Made by a program: the position numbers and the translations under genes
In this document: positions 48,100 to 60,400 of the stretch, piece by piece
Layout: every line of letters starts with the position of its first letter
Position numbering within the stretch: position 1 is the first letter of the stretch
DNA from: Lytechinus pictus
Lineage: Eukaryota
Length of the DNA: 64,000 nucleotides
Assembly: GCF_037042905.1 (NCBI RefSeq)
Contig: NC_087262.1
Coordinates: forward strand, 2,604,001 to 2,668,000
Reading direction: 5' to 3'
The notes under the pieces: model-generated
Databases searched by the model: none
What the model saw: only the letters and a program-made list of their open reading frames with translations
What the model was told of the DNA's origin: nothing

Positions 48100-51000
48100 C
48101 TACATAATAATAAAAAGAAGAAAATATATATTACTATTTTCAATTATTATCAGCTTTAAAATGACAGAAAACATCATTCTTACTGGGTTTATCTAAAAAA
48201 GGATAAGTTAGTCACACAAAGTTATGTAGTGTGACTAAACGCTATGTCCATAGTTAGGGGTGTCTGAAGCAAATGAAATGCATGTATGTTCTTGATGCAC
48301 TGATTAAGTATGGCTAAGAATAAACACATATATTCATTTATTGTAGTAAATAAAGATATTCGACCTGATAAAGGGTTGGGATTCGTTTAAATTACTGTGA
48401 GAATAGGGCCAAGGGTTAGCTTTGAGGTAAGGTTTTTTGTTCAACCCGACTTGTAGATTTTCCATCAGAGCAACAGCCTTGAAACTTCCTTTTGCATCAT
48501 TACCTTCCCTAAAATCAGAGCTAACATCACACAGAACCTAAAAATGGGTTTTGATCAATTGTCACATTTCAGGTGAATGAATTCTAATCTTTCAAAACTC
48601 CTAAGGATCCAAAAGGTCACCATCAGGGGCCCGTTTCATAAAGAGATACAACTGTTGTAACTTTGCCATTATGGCAACTACCATGGTAACAGGGCTCAGC
48701 AGCAAATCAAAGTCAAAGTTACCATGGTAGCTACCACAATGGCGAAGTTACAACAGTTGCAACTCTTTATGAAACGGGCCCCAGATCTGCCTTCAGACAA
48801 TGAAAGAACAGTACTCACCTACAAGGCTTACACCAGAAGTCTTGCTGATCCACCCCAAACCTTGCTCTACATTTCTTGGGTGTCGATGGCTCACCTGAAA
48901 GCAACGAAAATCGGTTTCAACAAAAGTTGACTTTTAATCACATTTTTTCTTCTTTCTTTCCTTTTTATTCCAGAGAATAAAAAAGAACCTTTATTTCATA
49001 ATATAAACAAAACAATAACGAATCAAATTATTTTACATAACTCTTTTACATACAATCTTTTACATACATTCATTCTTTTTACATCTTGTCCATATAACAA
49101 ACTATTTTATATAATGAGTACTAGTGATGCCTACTTCATAAAATAATTCAAAAATAAGGACCACTTCTGATGGAATTTCTCACATTGATTGTTTTTCATA
49201 AAAATTTACGTCTCTAAAACAAAATATCTCTGAATTTCACTTTTAAGTAGATTAAAATTAGGTAATTTATTATTCATTTTCATTTCATATATATGAAAGC
49301 GAGAAATTAATAGAAAAAAAAATTAAATGATCTAATTCCAAATAAACACAATTCTCGATCAAGCTGTAATTTAATATTTGAAAGTTCTCCTTTGAGTCAC
49401 ATATTATATCAAAGTCCAAGGGACTCAGTGGTCAGAGTAATCATGCTGCGACCCTACCACAGCTACTACTGACATAGCATCATCCCTATACATATATATA
49501 GGAGTCAACAACTGAATCACTGTAACCCTCAGGTCAATCCTAGTGATATCCTTGTTGTGAAGGCAGACCACTTCACCAGGGTTTCATTTTACTATTTTCG
49601 ACCAAGCTTAGTCAATTATCCATAGATATTTGACAATGTAATCACGTGATGAAGTCATCAGAAATACTGATGGTAGGTCTTTCTTGAAAAAAAAAACAGT
49701 CATGTTCAACATATTTTTCTTGGAACCGTTTTCTTCATGAGGCATGTTGACTAATACATTCAAATTTGATGCATACTTTTCAAACAAAAGTTGTTCTTGA
49801 AAGCTTGCCAGAGACTGGCCAGACATAGCAACAAGGTATGGAAAATGGATTCAATGCACTGCACTTCATTCATTAAGCCGTCTTTGATAGTTCACAGCTG
49901 GAATACTCAACAGGGATTAAAGGTTATGACCGGGGGAAGAATACATTATTATAATGTGATAACATCATGAAAAACAGAATATTATTGTTATTACTACTAC
50001 TACTTGATGTAAAAAAGAAGAGATCTCTGACCTGGATTCTCTCCATGAGATTTATCTCTCTTCTTCTTTTTCTTCTTGCCGTGGATAGCGTAGTTATCCC
50101 TGGCACTCCAACCTGGATACAGCTGCATATGAAGTTGTCTCTCCTTGCGTGCCAGCTCGTAGTACTTAGCCTGCTCTTCTCGCGACAGCGCATGCCACTG
50201 TAAAAAAAAAGAATAAATATGCAGTTCAATTGTCCAACCGTCCATTGAAAGATTCTATGTTTTAACAGAGAAATATTATAAACACTCTGAACATAACACA
50301 TTTAGGTATATACTCATAAAACAAAATTGGCGGTTGATGTTTGTGTTTACACGCAACTCTTCTGTTGCAGCAAAAATTGCGATCAAACTCGACTCTAAAC
50401 TTCAAACGTAAACATGATTTTCAACCAATGAAACGCGCGCATTATGGACTTGCGTTCAATTTTTTATGTTGATTTAAGCGCAACTCTTTCTGCAACATGC
50501 CTGCATGGTCCATTAGCATGCAAGCCTTTGTTGTTGTTTTTTCAGGTTTTTCTGCAGCTGGTCGTTATCACACAGACTAGTACTATCTTAGTGCTATAAC
50601 ACTCTTGATACCTTAGACTTAGCCAGCATATATGTGGTTTGGAGTATATGGAAAATATTTTATATATAAACATAAATAATTAAGTCTCCAACAGGTTAAG
50701 ATTTTCCATTGAGGCGAGTATGGCTGGGGCATATGTCATGGAACTAGAAAGAATTTTTTTCAAAGATGAAAAAAAAAATGAAAATCCATATTTTATTGTT
50801 CGAAATAGACATCAGATATGGAATACTTCAAAAATTTGTTTAATTAATCTTGGGCCCGGCAGCCGCTGTGCAGCGCCAGATCGAAGAGGTTCTATCCCTT
50901 TAATTGTTGAAATCCAACAGGGTAGCAGCAACTCCCATCTTTTAACTTCTTTCGGTCTGACGCGGCAGGGGTTTGAACTCCCGACCTCCCGGTTGTGAGA

Positions 51001-54000
51001 CGCTCGCGCTACCAACTGAGCCAACACACCGGTTGTGGGGGGCGTCATGATCTAGTGGTCAAGACTCGTCTTACAATCCGAAGGACGTGAGTTCGATTTC
51101 AAGCCATGACGTGTTTTCCTTTAGCAAGAGAAATTCACCCGCATTGTGCTGCACTCAACCCAGGTGAGGTAACGTAAATGGGTACCGGCAAGAAGTAATT
51201 CCTCAAAAACCTTTACGCACAGGAATCGGTAGACTAGCTTAGAAGGGGTAATATATGAGCGCTTTGAGCACCTAGCAAGGTGGATACGTGCGCTATACAA
51301 ATCATATATTATTCATTATCTATCATTATTATTATTATTAACGTGATTGTGATTGAGACTTACCCTTCGGCCTAGTATTTGATTGATGGCAGCACTTTCT
51401 TTGAGCGTACATTCCTTGACCACACTGGCTCTCATTTCTTTCATATAAAGCATGAATGCATTCAGAGGTTTCTTGATATGTTGCTGTTTGTTCTTTGCTT
51501 CTTGGGCTGCTAGCTTCTTCTCCTTCTCCTTCTGATGTCTACAAAAAAATAAATGAATTATAAAAAAAGTGATTATTATTAATTCAATGAAAAACATTGT
51601 CTTTTTGTTGCTTACTGACTTGCAAGTGTTATTTTTTCCTGTTAGATGCCTGTAAATAAAAATAGTGATTATTTATTAAATGAAATATAGGTTGTTTTTT
51701 GCTTATTGACTTGCAAGCTTCTTCTCTTTCTCCTTCTGGTGCCTAGAAACACAAGGGGGGGGAGATGAAAAAATATGAATTCAATAGAATTTTGCTTATT
51801 GAGTTGAAACTTCGACTCCCTATGTTCTCTATATAAAGACAACCCACCCCCCCCCCCCAAAAAAAAAAGGGGGAAGTGATTAATTCAATTAAAACATTTT
51901 TTCTTCTTCTCTAATTCAGCTGCAAGCTTTTGACCCTTATAATGCCTAGCATGCCATTGCAGAAAGTTACTATTACTTTAATGAAAATATTGTTTCTTTG
52001 TTTCTTAACCTAAAGAGCTTTTATACATTAAATAAGATTAATCTGCCTTTTATCCTCACATTGGTGACATTTGTTGATTTTCAATTCATGGTATCAACAT
52101 TTTCAGTACGTTTTTCTCTTTCTAAGCCATAGCATGCAAGATAAAGGAAACTGCAAATCTGTCTCTTGTCTTATCGTATGTCATATTTATTATCTGCATA
52201 TTATCTTCTGTGCAAAAACAATAATTATTCATGAAATATGGATATGTGATCAAAATTACTATGACCTACAACTCTAACGATACCGAAAAGTAAACAATTG
52301 AGCCAGCAACGGCAAAGCATTGAATTATTATGAGAGCAATTTTCCATTCATTCTATTCCAACATTCTTCTTTTGTTTTCACATCCGCACTTTGGAAATAT
52401 CCGTAAACGATTATTTCCAGTCTTCAGACTTCACTACCTTTTACAAGATTGTGATTTAAAGATGCTGTGTCACCACAGCTCCCGTACCAATCAGACCACG
52501 TTAACAAAACTCTGTTTGCATTTGTAATGTAGTTGGTTTCACGACACATTCCTGACAAATCAAAGGCGACGTTTATGTTGCGAAATCCAATATTATTGGA
52601 TGAAACTAAAGACTGTAATCTGCTTGATGGAGACAACGAGCGTGCGATGCCTCGCGTCGAGTTCCCCCGCTCCACCTTCGTATTGAAGTAAAATTTATCC
52701 ACAACAAGTTTGGCAATTGTGCCTTAATCAATTGGATTTCCCCTCCCCAATCCACCAACAATCATGATCCAATTAGGCAATACGGATGGTATACTACCCC
52801 ATCTCATGATCATTACTCCCTATGCCTTCTGCACTGGGGGTGCTCTAGAAATGGGATATGTTACCAGTCTATCCTTGATGACTGGTGACAGATTCTCAGT
52901 GCTGATTTGCCATTCATAGACTGGTGTATTAAACCTTGGATGGGTACTGCCACCAGTACTTCATTTGTCTATGATTTGATCATCATGACTGGTAACCATA
53001 TCTCAAGCTTAGGGCCTCTAGGGTTCTACAATAACCTTGTCTGTGAAACACAGCACACACCAATCTCTCCAATAAATCACCATACTGTTGTATTCTGCGG
53101 CTAACTCCTGGCTTATTGGATATTCCGCCGAGGTGAATTTATTGCTGATTGAACAAGATTGTTAAGGTCAATCTTTATTTCCAATCTCAAACACATATTA
53201 GTCAGACTATCAATCCCATTCTTCAAGCCTAAATATGTAGAATGATAGATAGTACACATATCACAATCAGGCTTGTTTATTAGTTTGTCTATAAAAATAT
53301 AAAGTAATCTTCTTCCATGATATATAGTGCATTCAAGAGCATAATTTAATTTGTAATTTGAAAATACTGGACATTAATTGGTACAATGTTTCATGTGGAC
53401 AAGATTATACTGAAATGCCTTTTTAAATCTTCAAATTGCCTCCATAAACTTCATGTTAGCATGCCAAAGAATAATAAAATATCAAATGTACTTCCTGATA
53501 CAAGAAGATTTTTTTTCTCATATGATGTTGTGACTTGTAATACGAGGCTAATTAATGGTTGAATTCATTATCTGCAAAGTACAATGTTTGAAAAAACTGA
53601 TTGGGGATTAAGAACACAAAACTACACCACCATATACATGTAATATTACAGTGTTGTTTAATATGTGGGAGTGAAAGTCTGACAATGCTAGTCACTTGCA
53701 AAAGCTTTTTCATTCAAATCCCTTGGCAGTGCTTTCAAATTACATTTTTTCAGTCCCTAGATCATACATATAAGAAATATTGAGAGCAAATCTTTTGCAG
53801 GATGATAAATACTCAATATTTTTTTTATTGCTAACAGAATGTAGCCTTTACTGTCAAGTTTCTTCATTTTATTAATATTTTAAAATACCGGTAGATGTCA
53901 TTGAATTTGAGATGATTTTAAATATTTTTCTAGGAACAGAATCTCTTCAAACTACCTGCAAATGTCACATTCTCATGAGCAATATACCAAGGAATCATTA

Positions 54001-57000
54001 AATTTATCATCGCATAATTCATTTGTGTTGTTTGTTTTAAATGTGATAAACATGTGTACATGTGATGCACTGTAAGACATTGTCTGTATTCTTTACTTTC
54101 CCCAAGGGAGTCTGTGGATCTTCTACAAAAAAATGCAGGTTCCATCAAAATATGTCAAAAGTAAAATTAAATAAATGTCAAACGGAAGGAAATGCTTTAG
54201 ATTACAATTCACTTTTAATCTGCTGATGTTCTGTATGTTGAAGTTGTTGGGCTCTCTGAATGTTTGAAATCTCACCTCGTCGTGCCGGTGCAGGAATGCC
54301 CTTAGCACTACACTTCCGCGCACCTTACCGGTGCAGAAACGCCCTTACTCAATGCCCTTATGCGCGCAACTAAGGGCGTTTCTGGAAAGTATGGTGCTAA
54401 GAGCATTCCTGCAACGACACAACGAACTGTGAAAATAGTAAGCTGTTTTAAATGTACATGGTATCAAATTGAAAATAATGTGGAAATGATGCATATATTG
54501 ATGACTCTCTGCGGTAACAAAGTAAATCTACCTTACTGGTCAGTTTCATAATCTAAACCTCTTGATTTTAACAATGGATAGCCAAAAATTGTCATTTTTG
54601 CAAGTTTTGTAAGGATTATTCGTTTCACAGTAACAGTAAAAAAAAAAAACTCCTATACAGTTTAAGCCAGTCTTCCACTGTGCAATTCGACGTGCCTTGA
54701 TTTTTTGACGACTTGATTGTGCTCGGATATTTTATTTAAGATTGAAAGGTAAATTCTTTCCAAATTATATCCTACATTGCTGTATGAATATGAGTACCGA
54801 GCTTGCAGAGTGATACAGCCCATCTAGTTTAAGACATGTAAAAGCCAAGAATCGCAGTAACATAAGACCAATCACAGCTGGCCTGTAACTGGTTTCTAAT
54901 TCAGCTCTTTCTCTGACTTAAATAAAATGTTATTAATTGAAAGCAGTTTCAATATCTGGCCCCGTCTTACATAGAGTTACGATTGATCCAGTCAATTGTA
55001 AATCTATGGAAATCCACCGGTGCCATAATATTTTCTACAGGAAATTTGCAAAATGTCCTTTGTAAACAAAGGAGATCACACCAAATTGTCAAGAAAATCA
55101 ATGAATTCATGGATATACATTCATATCTAGAAAATCTTTTGAACAAACATGCATTTTATATGTTGACTTTGCTGGCTTTCCATAGTTGCGATTGATCCGA
55201 TCAATCGCAACTCTTTGTAAGATGGGCCCCGGCGGATGACCATTCTGGACCTCAGTCAGATACAATAATAATCGCAAGGCCCGCTGGGAGAACAGTTTTC
55301 AGAACTGAAGTGGCTACCCTGGGTAAACATACCGTTATTATTATTATCATTATTATTAATTTACATTTAGAGGCTCCATATCCAAGCTTTGGGGAATTTC
55401 TCTTAACATCCAGTCACAGTTTATATTGCATACTGTGGGTTTACACATAATCAAAGGAAAAACGACACCCTTGAAACAAGTTGGCTTGCATGAAAACAGA
55501 AAAGTCAAAGAATAAGATCAATAAAAGTTTAAGAATAATTGGATAAGATATGAGCATTTGAATGTCAGGAACACCAATGCTACAGAAAGCCTCCCATTGG
55601 CAATGCAACTCGGATCCATGATGTCACATCTGACGAACTCTCCCCTTTGAACTCTGAACATATACTTCCAAAACACCTCTTTATGCTCATTCAAATGATA
55701 GGAAAAAACAATTTATCCATATCTTTCTAAACCCTGTATTATATGCCCTGTCATAAGTGACATCACACATATTCGTCGCATTGCCAATTTGAGGATCTCT
55801 AGATCAGTAGTGATCTAAATGCTCATAATTTTCTAACAATCTGTCCAAAAATATTTGTCAAAATTTGTGTTGATCTTATTCTTTGATTTGTTTTAACACG
55901 TGTACGCTAACTTGGAGCAAGAAGGGTTTCATTCAGCTTGAGTTGTGGATAAGTGTTGATTATCATTACCTGTCGTTACTCTGCTGCTGAGCGTCGTGTT
56001 GTTGTGATGATCCCATGGGATGCATGAGAGAGTGTGGAAGGCTACCGACGGGTACTGGACCAGAACTGATAGGTGACGGGCCCAGACGGGCCATGCTGGC
56101 TGGACTAACGGCTAGACTAGGTGGATAAGGGGACCGTAGGGCGCTGCTTGTCAGAGGGTAGAATGGTTGCCCAGGCCTGGAGGTGAGGAACAGCATCAAA
56201 ACAAAAAAATGTATTAGCCAACATGAAACAAGTTTCAGGATGGAGGAAGCATACAATACTCAATGGTAGTGATAGTTTACCTGATTGCTAAGAAAGCACG
56301 AATGCTTGAAAGCAAGCAACCAGAGGACCGACGGCTTAAGGTCCACTCTGAGGGACCTGGTAATGAGGATTCAAATGGCTTAACTAAGGGCACTAGCGCA
56401 CCAATTGGGAATCGAACCCGCGTCACCGGAATATGAAACCCCCGCTCTACCGACTGAGCTATCGCCCCTCCCCAACAAGCAAAAGACTAAGCCTACATAA
56501 AGATGGGGATACTCAAAATGGCAACAGTAAACCAAATAATACTTCTTTTTTTTTTCCTCAATAAAAATATCACTATTCAAATTACAAACTAAATTTTAGC
56601 TTCAATCACTGGTTTTTCATAACCTAAGTTTTTTTAAATTCAACTCCCACTGTCACTCAACCTGAACTAACTTTTTACTCATATTTTTGCAGGCATACAC
56701 ACACAAAGAATATATTTAAAGGAAAAGTCACAAAGTACCTACATGTAGTTCCAAGTATCATGATATATAAAAAGGTATCATCTGTTCATAAGGAACTTTC
56801 TATACTAATTTTGTGAAAAAATTTGTGCCTATAAAAAAAACCCTATAAATGCCAGATGTACTATAACTACATTCTTTAAAAATGCTTGCACCAAGACTAA
56901 CTCAGCTAATACGATGATGTTCATTTCTTGATCCAGCTGATATATCATGTTCACTATGAACTATGAATCTCATGCTTTATGGAATGGAGGGCGGTTCATT

Positions 57001-57383
57001 AAGATCATAGAACCTAAACTTGCATGATTAATCAGCTTCTCTGGATTTGAGGAAGCAGGAAAAAAGACATTTTTATAAGCCCGCTGCGACAAGCATTATC
57101 ATTCTTGAACTAAACAGAGACAAAAAGTGCACATCCCCCTGTTTTAATGTTCTCAGGTATTGGTAGGAAAGTGTGCTGTCGCGGTGAAAGGTTGACGATC
57201 GCGCCATAGATTATGATTGAAATCTACGGGAGGTGCCAACCGCACCAAATACCCGTGAAATCGGGGGGCTTGTCAAGCGACTACCTGATCAACGTCAGGT
57301 TGGGAGAGACAGAAAGGGAAGTTAAAAGGAAGAGGGAGGGGAGGGGAGGTGGGAGGATTAAAGGGGGAGAGGGATAGGAGTGA

Positions 57384-57416
<33 letters not shown>

Positions 57417-60400
57417 GAAAGAAAGAAAGAAAGAGAGAGAGAGAAGAGGAGGTGGGGAGGAAAGTGAGATAGGGATAGAAGAGAAAGAGAGAGGAGGATA
57501 GAAAGATAGAGAATAACGAGACAGAAAAAGACAGAAAGAGGGATAAAGAGAGAGAAAATGAGAGGAAAGAGAGAGAAAAAAGATGTATAGATGGTTAGCA
57601 GGGGAGCGAGACAAGGGAAAGGGACAAGCAGGAAGGGGATAGAGTAAGGACGAAGGGTTTGAGTAAGAAGGAGGAAGAAAGGAATAAAAAGGGGTGAGCA
57701 GAAGAACAGATTGACAGTATAAGAGAAAGGAAAAGATGTGGACACACAGAAGTAAAGAGATACAGTAAAAAAACAAATACCAAGGCAGAGCCAGTGAAAG
57801 AGATGAAATGACAGGGAGTCAGAGAGAGTCGGGATGGGGGTAGATGAGGTAGACAAGGAAGGGGAATACAGAGAGAGGGGTAATGACAGAGAGACAGACA
57901 GATGGAGAGAATAAAGAATGAGTAGCAGGTGGAGGTATAACGCCGTTGGGTGTGGTCTTTGCCACTGTTTCTCTCATGCTAATCTCTTCTCCCTCCACCA
58001 CCTCCAGCCATCGGGGTGAAAATGAAGAGAGGCCGGTGTCAAAGAATTGAAGATGGATGCGGGGGGGGGGAGGGGGGAGGTCGTTGGTGTATGCCACATG
58101 GTAGGTAGGACCACGAGGATGACAAGGTGGTATCACACTGGAGGAAAGGAGAGAGAGAGAGTGCATCATTCAATACTGTAAATATCATAACGAAGATACA
58201 GTTAATCCTATAAGGATCACTCAGAAATACCACATTCTCTCTTTCATTTGAAAGTGAATTTGCAGTAGAGCTTTAAGTGAAAGAAACCTGTCCATAAAGG
58301 TCATTTTCTTATCTCCCTTTAATAGCCTTTACACACAGGTTCCTTTATAATAAAATCATTTTATAAACTCACACAAAGAAGTAGAAAAGAAATGGTAAAG
58401 AAGGGTGTGTCGCTATTAGTGGGGGGTGGTGGGAAGAAGTGAAATGAACGTAGAGTTCCAGTTATAAACAAAACATGGATGGCATGGTTGGCAGACAAAA
58501 AATGCTACACAGTTGAGAACAAGACAGGATAAAGGTTGACGTAATACTAAAAGGGTGGAAGAGAGAATTGGAGGAGGGGTAGATGGAGTCACTCTGGAGT
58601 TTTAGTACAGAGGAGCAGATTGAATCCTACGACGCAGCAAATGCATTGAAACGCAAGTCAACTGACAATGAAGTCTTTGCCAAGGGTAGGTGACTCAAAA
58701 CTGCAGTTTCGTCCAACGTTTCAGAGCTGATGAACAATTGCAAATATGTCAGTTGTGCAGGGAAGGGACAGTGATTTTCCGCGATCACGGAAAACAGACG
58801 GAATTCACGGAAAACCGCAAGGCCTTTTGAAAAGGCCTTTAGATAGGAAAGTGGCTTTTCAAACGGAAAATCACGGAAAACATACTTTTCCTCAAAATGC
58901 ACAGAACAGCAACAGAAATTACCCCCAAAATCTCAACGAAATATGAATACTAACTGGCCACAAAACACGATCTCACTTAGCTATAATCATTACAATCCAA
59001 ACATTGTAACTGCACTCGACTCCATCACTTGATCGGGTCGAAAACATTCACAAGCGCAAGCTGAAATAAGCGACCAAACTTCATTTGATTATAACCAACA
59101 AACGTAGAGGCAGCAACACGGCCATGTGTTGCTGCCCTCTACATTCGTTGATGGTAACAGAATGATGACTGTACTCCTCAAATCCAAAATGGCAGATAGG
59201 CAAAAGTCGTAGAATGCTCAAAACGATGTCCAAAAAAGTCCCAAAAATCCTAATGGAGGAAGGAGGATCAGAGATTTATCAGGGCTTCAAATAAAGGGAG
59301 AAAGGGGAAAGAGTAGATAAATAGAGGATAAAACATTGGATCAAGGAAGTTGAAGGATGGAAGGGAGGATGGTCGTGGTGGTGAAGACCTGTAGAGCAAG
59401 GAATCATACGGGTCATGACAGGGGAGGATGGATACAGGAGGGGTCAAAGGAACCAAGAAGACTAAAGGAAGGGGACTAAAGGGATGAAGGGGGAATAGAA
59501 GCATTTAGATCCAGGTAGGAGGGGATGGGATTAAATAGGGGGGTGGTGAGGTGCAGAGTTCAATGATAGGACCCACAAGGATGTAGAAAGATCCTGGAGG
59601 ACCCACACAGACCTGGCAAGATCCTAGACACTTCGGAACTATCTAGGATGATCCTGGAGGGGAGAGAGTAAGGGAGGGAGGAAATAAAGGGGAATGAAAG
59701 CAAATGGATCCTGGTAGATCCAGATAGCATGTGGATGGGATGAAATGGAGGGGAAAGTGAAAACTTGAACAATGGGACCGAGATGGATCTAGAAAGATCC
59801 AGAAGGATCCACAGAGATACTTGGTGGGTGTTTCATAAAGCTGTTCGTAAGTTAAGAGCAACTTTAAGAACGACCGGTGATCCTTTCTTACGCGCTTAAC
59901 CATCGCCGATGAATATACCATTTACCACAGGAATGGATCACCAGTGATTCTTAAAGTCACTTTTAACTTACGAACAGCTTTATGAAACACCCACCTGGAG
60001 GGAGGGAGGGAGGGAGGGAGGGAGGGAGGGAGGGAGGGAGGGAGGGAGGGAGGGAGGGAGGGAGGGAGGGAGGGAGGGGGAGGATGGACGATGGAGGAAG
60101 GTAGAAAGAAGTCATCAAGCAAGGGATCCAGGTAAATCCAAGGAGCATGCAAAAAGTAAGGAGTAGGAAAAGAAAGCAGAGCATGAAAGGAAAGGAGAAC
60201 GCGAAAACGGTTAAAAGAGTAGACAAAAATAATGAAGACTGAGTTTGAGAGAGAGAAAAAGGAGCTTGGGAGTGAGGAGGAGAGCTACATGAGAAAGACA
60301 AAGATGATGAGGTTTTGAGAGCATGTTAGCCCAAGACATAGTAGCTTGATATGAGAGTGTGAAGTGTGCTTAATACGCATTATGCAGCCGGCTAGTCAGG

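Noticed and set aside
55450-55457. ATCAAAGG as a TCF response element
   Set aside because: It coincides with the terminus of a Kolobok-like repeat.
57273-57856. Long L/S/F-rich ORFs (also 35643-36006, 59268-60301, 60942-61477)
   Set aside because: Artefacts of pyrimidine/purine tracts and the N gap, which lack stop codons.
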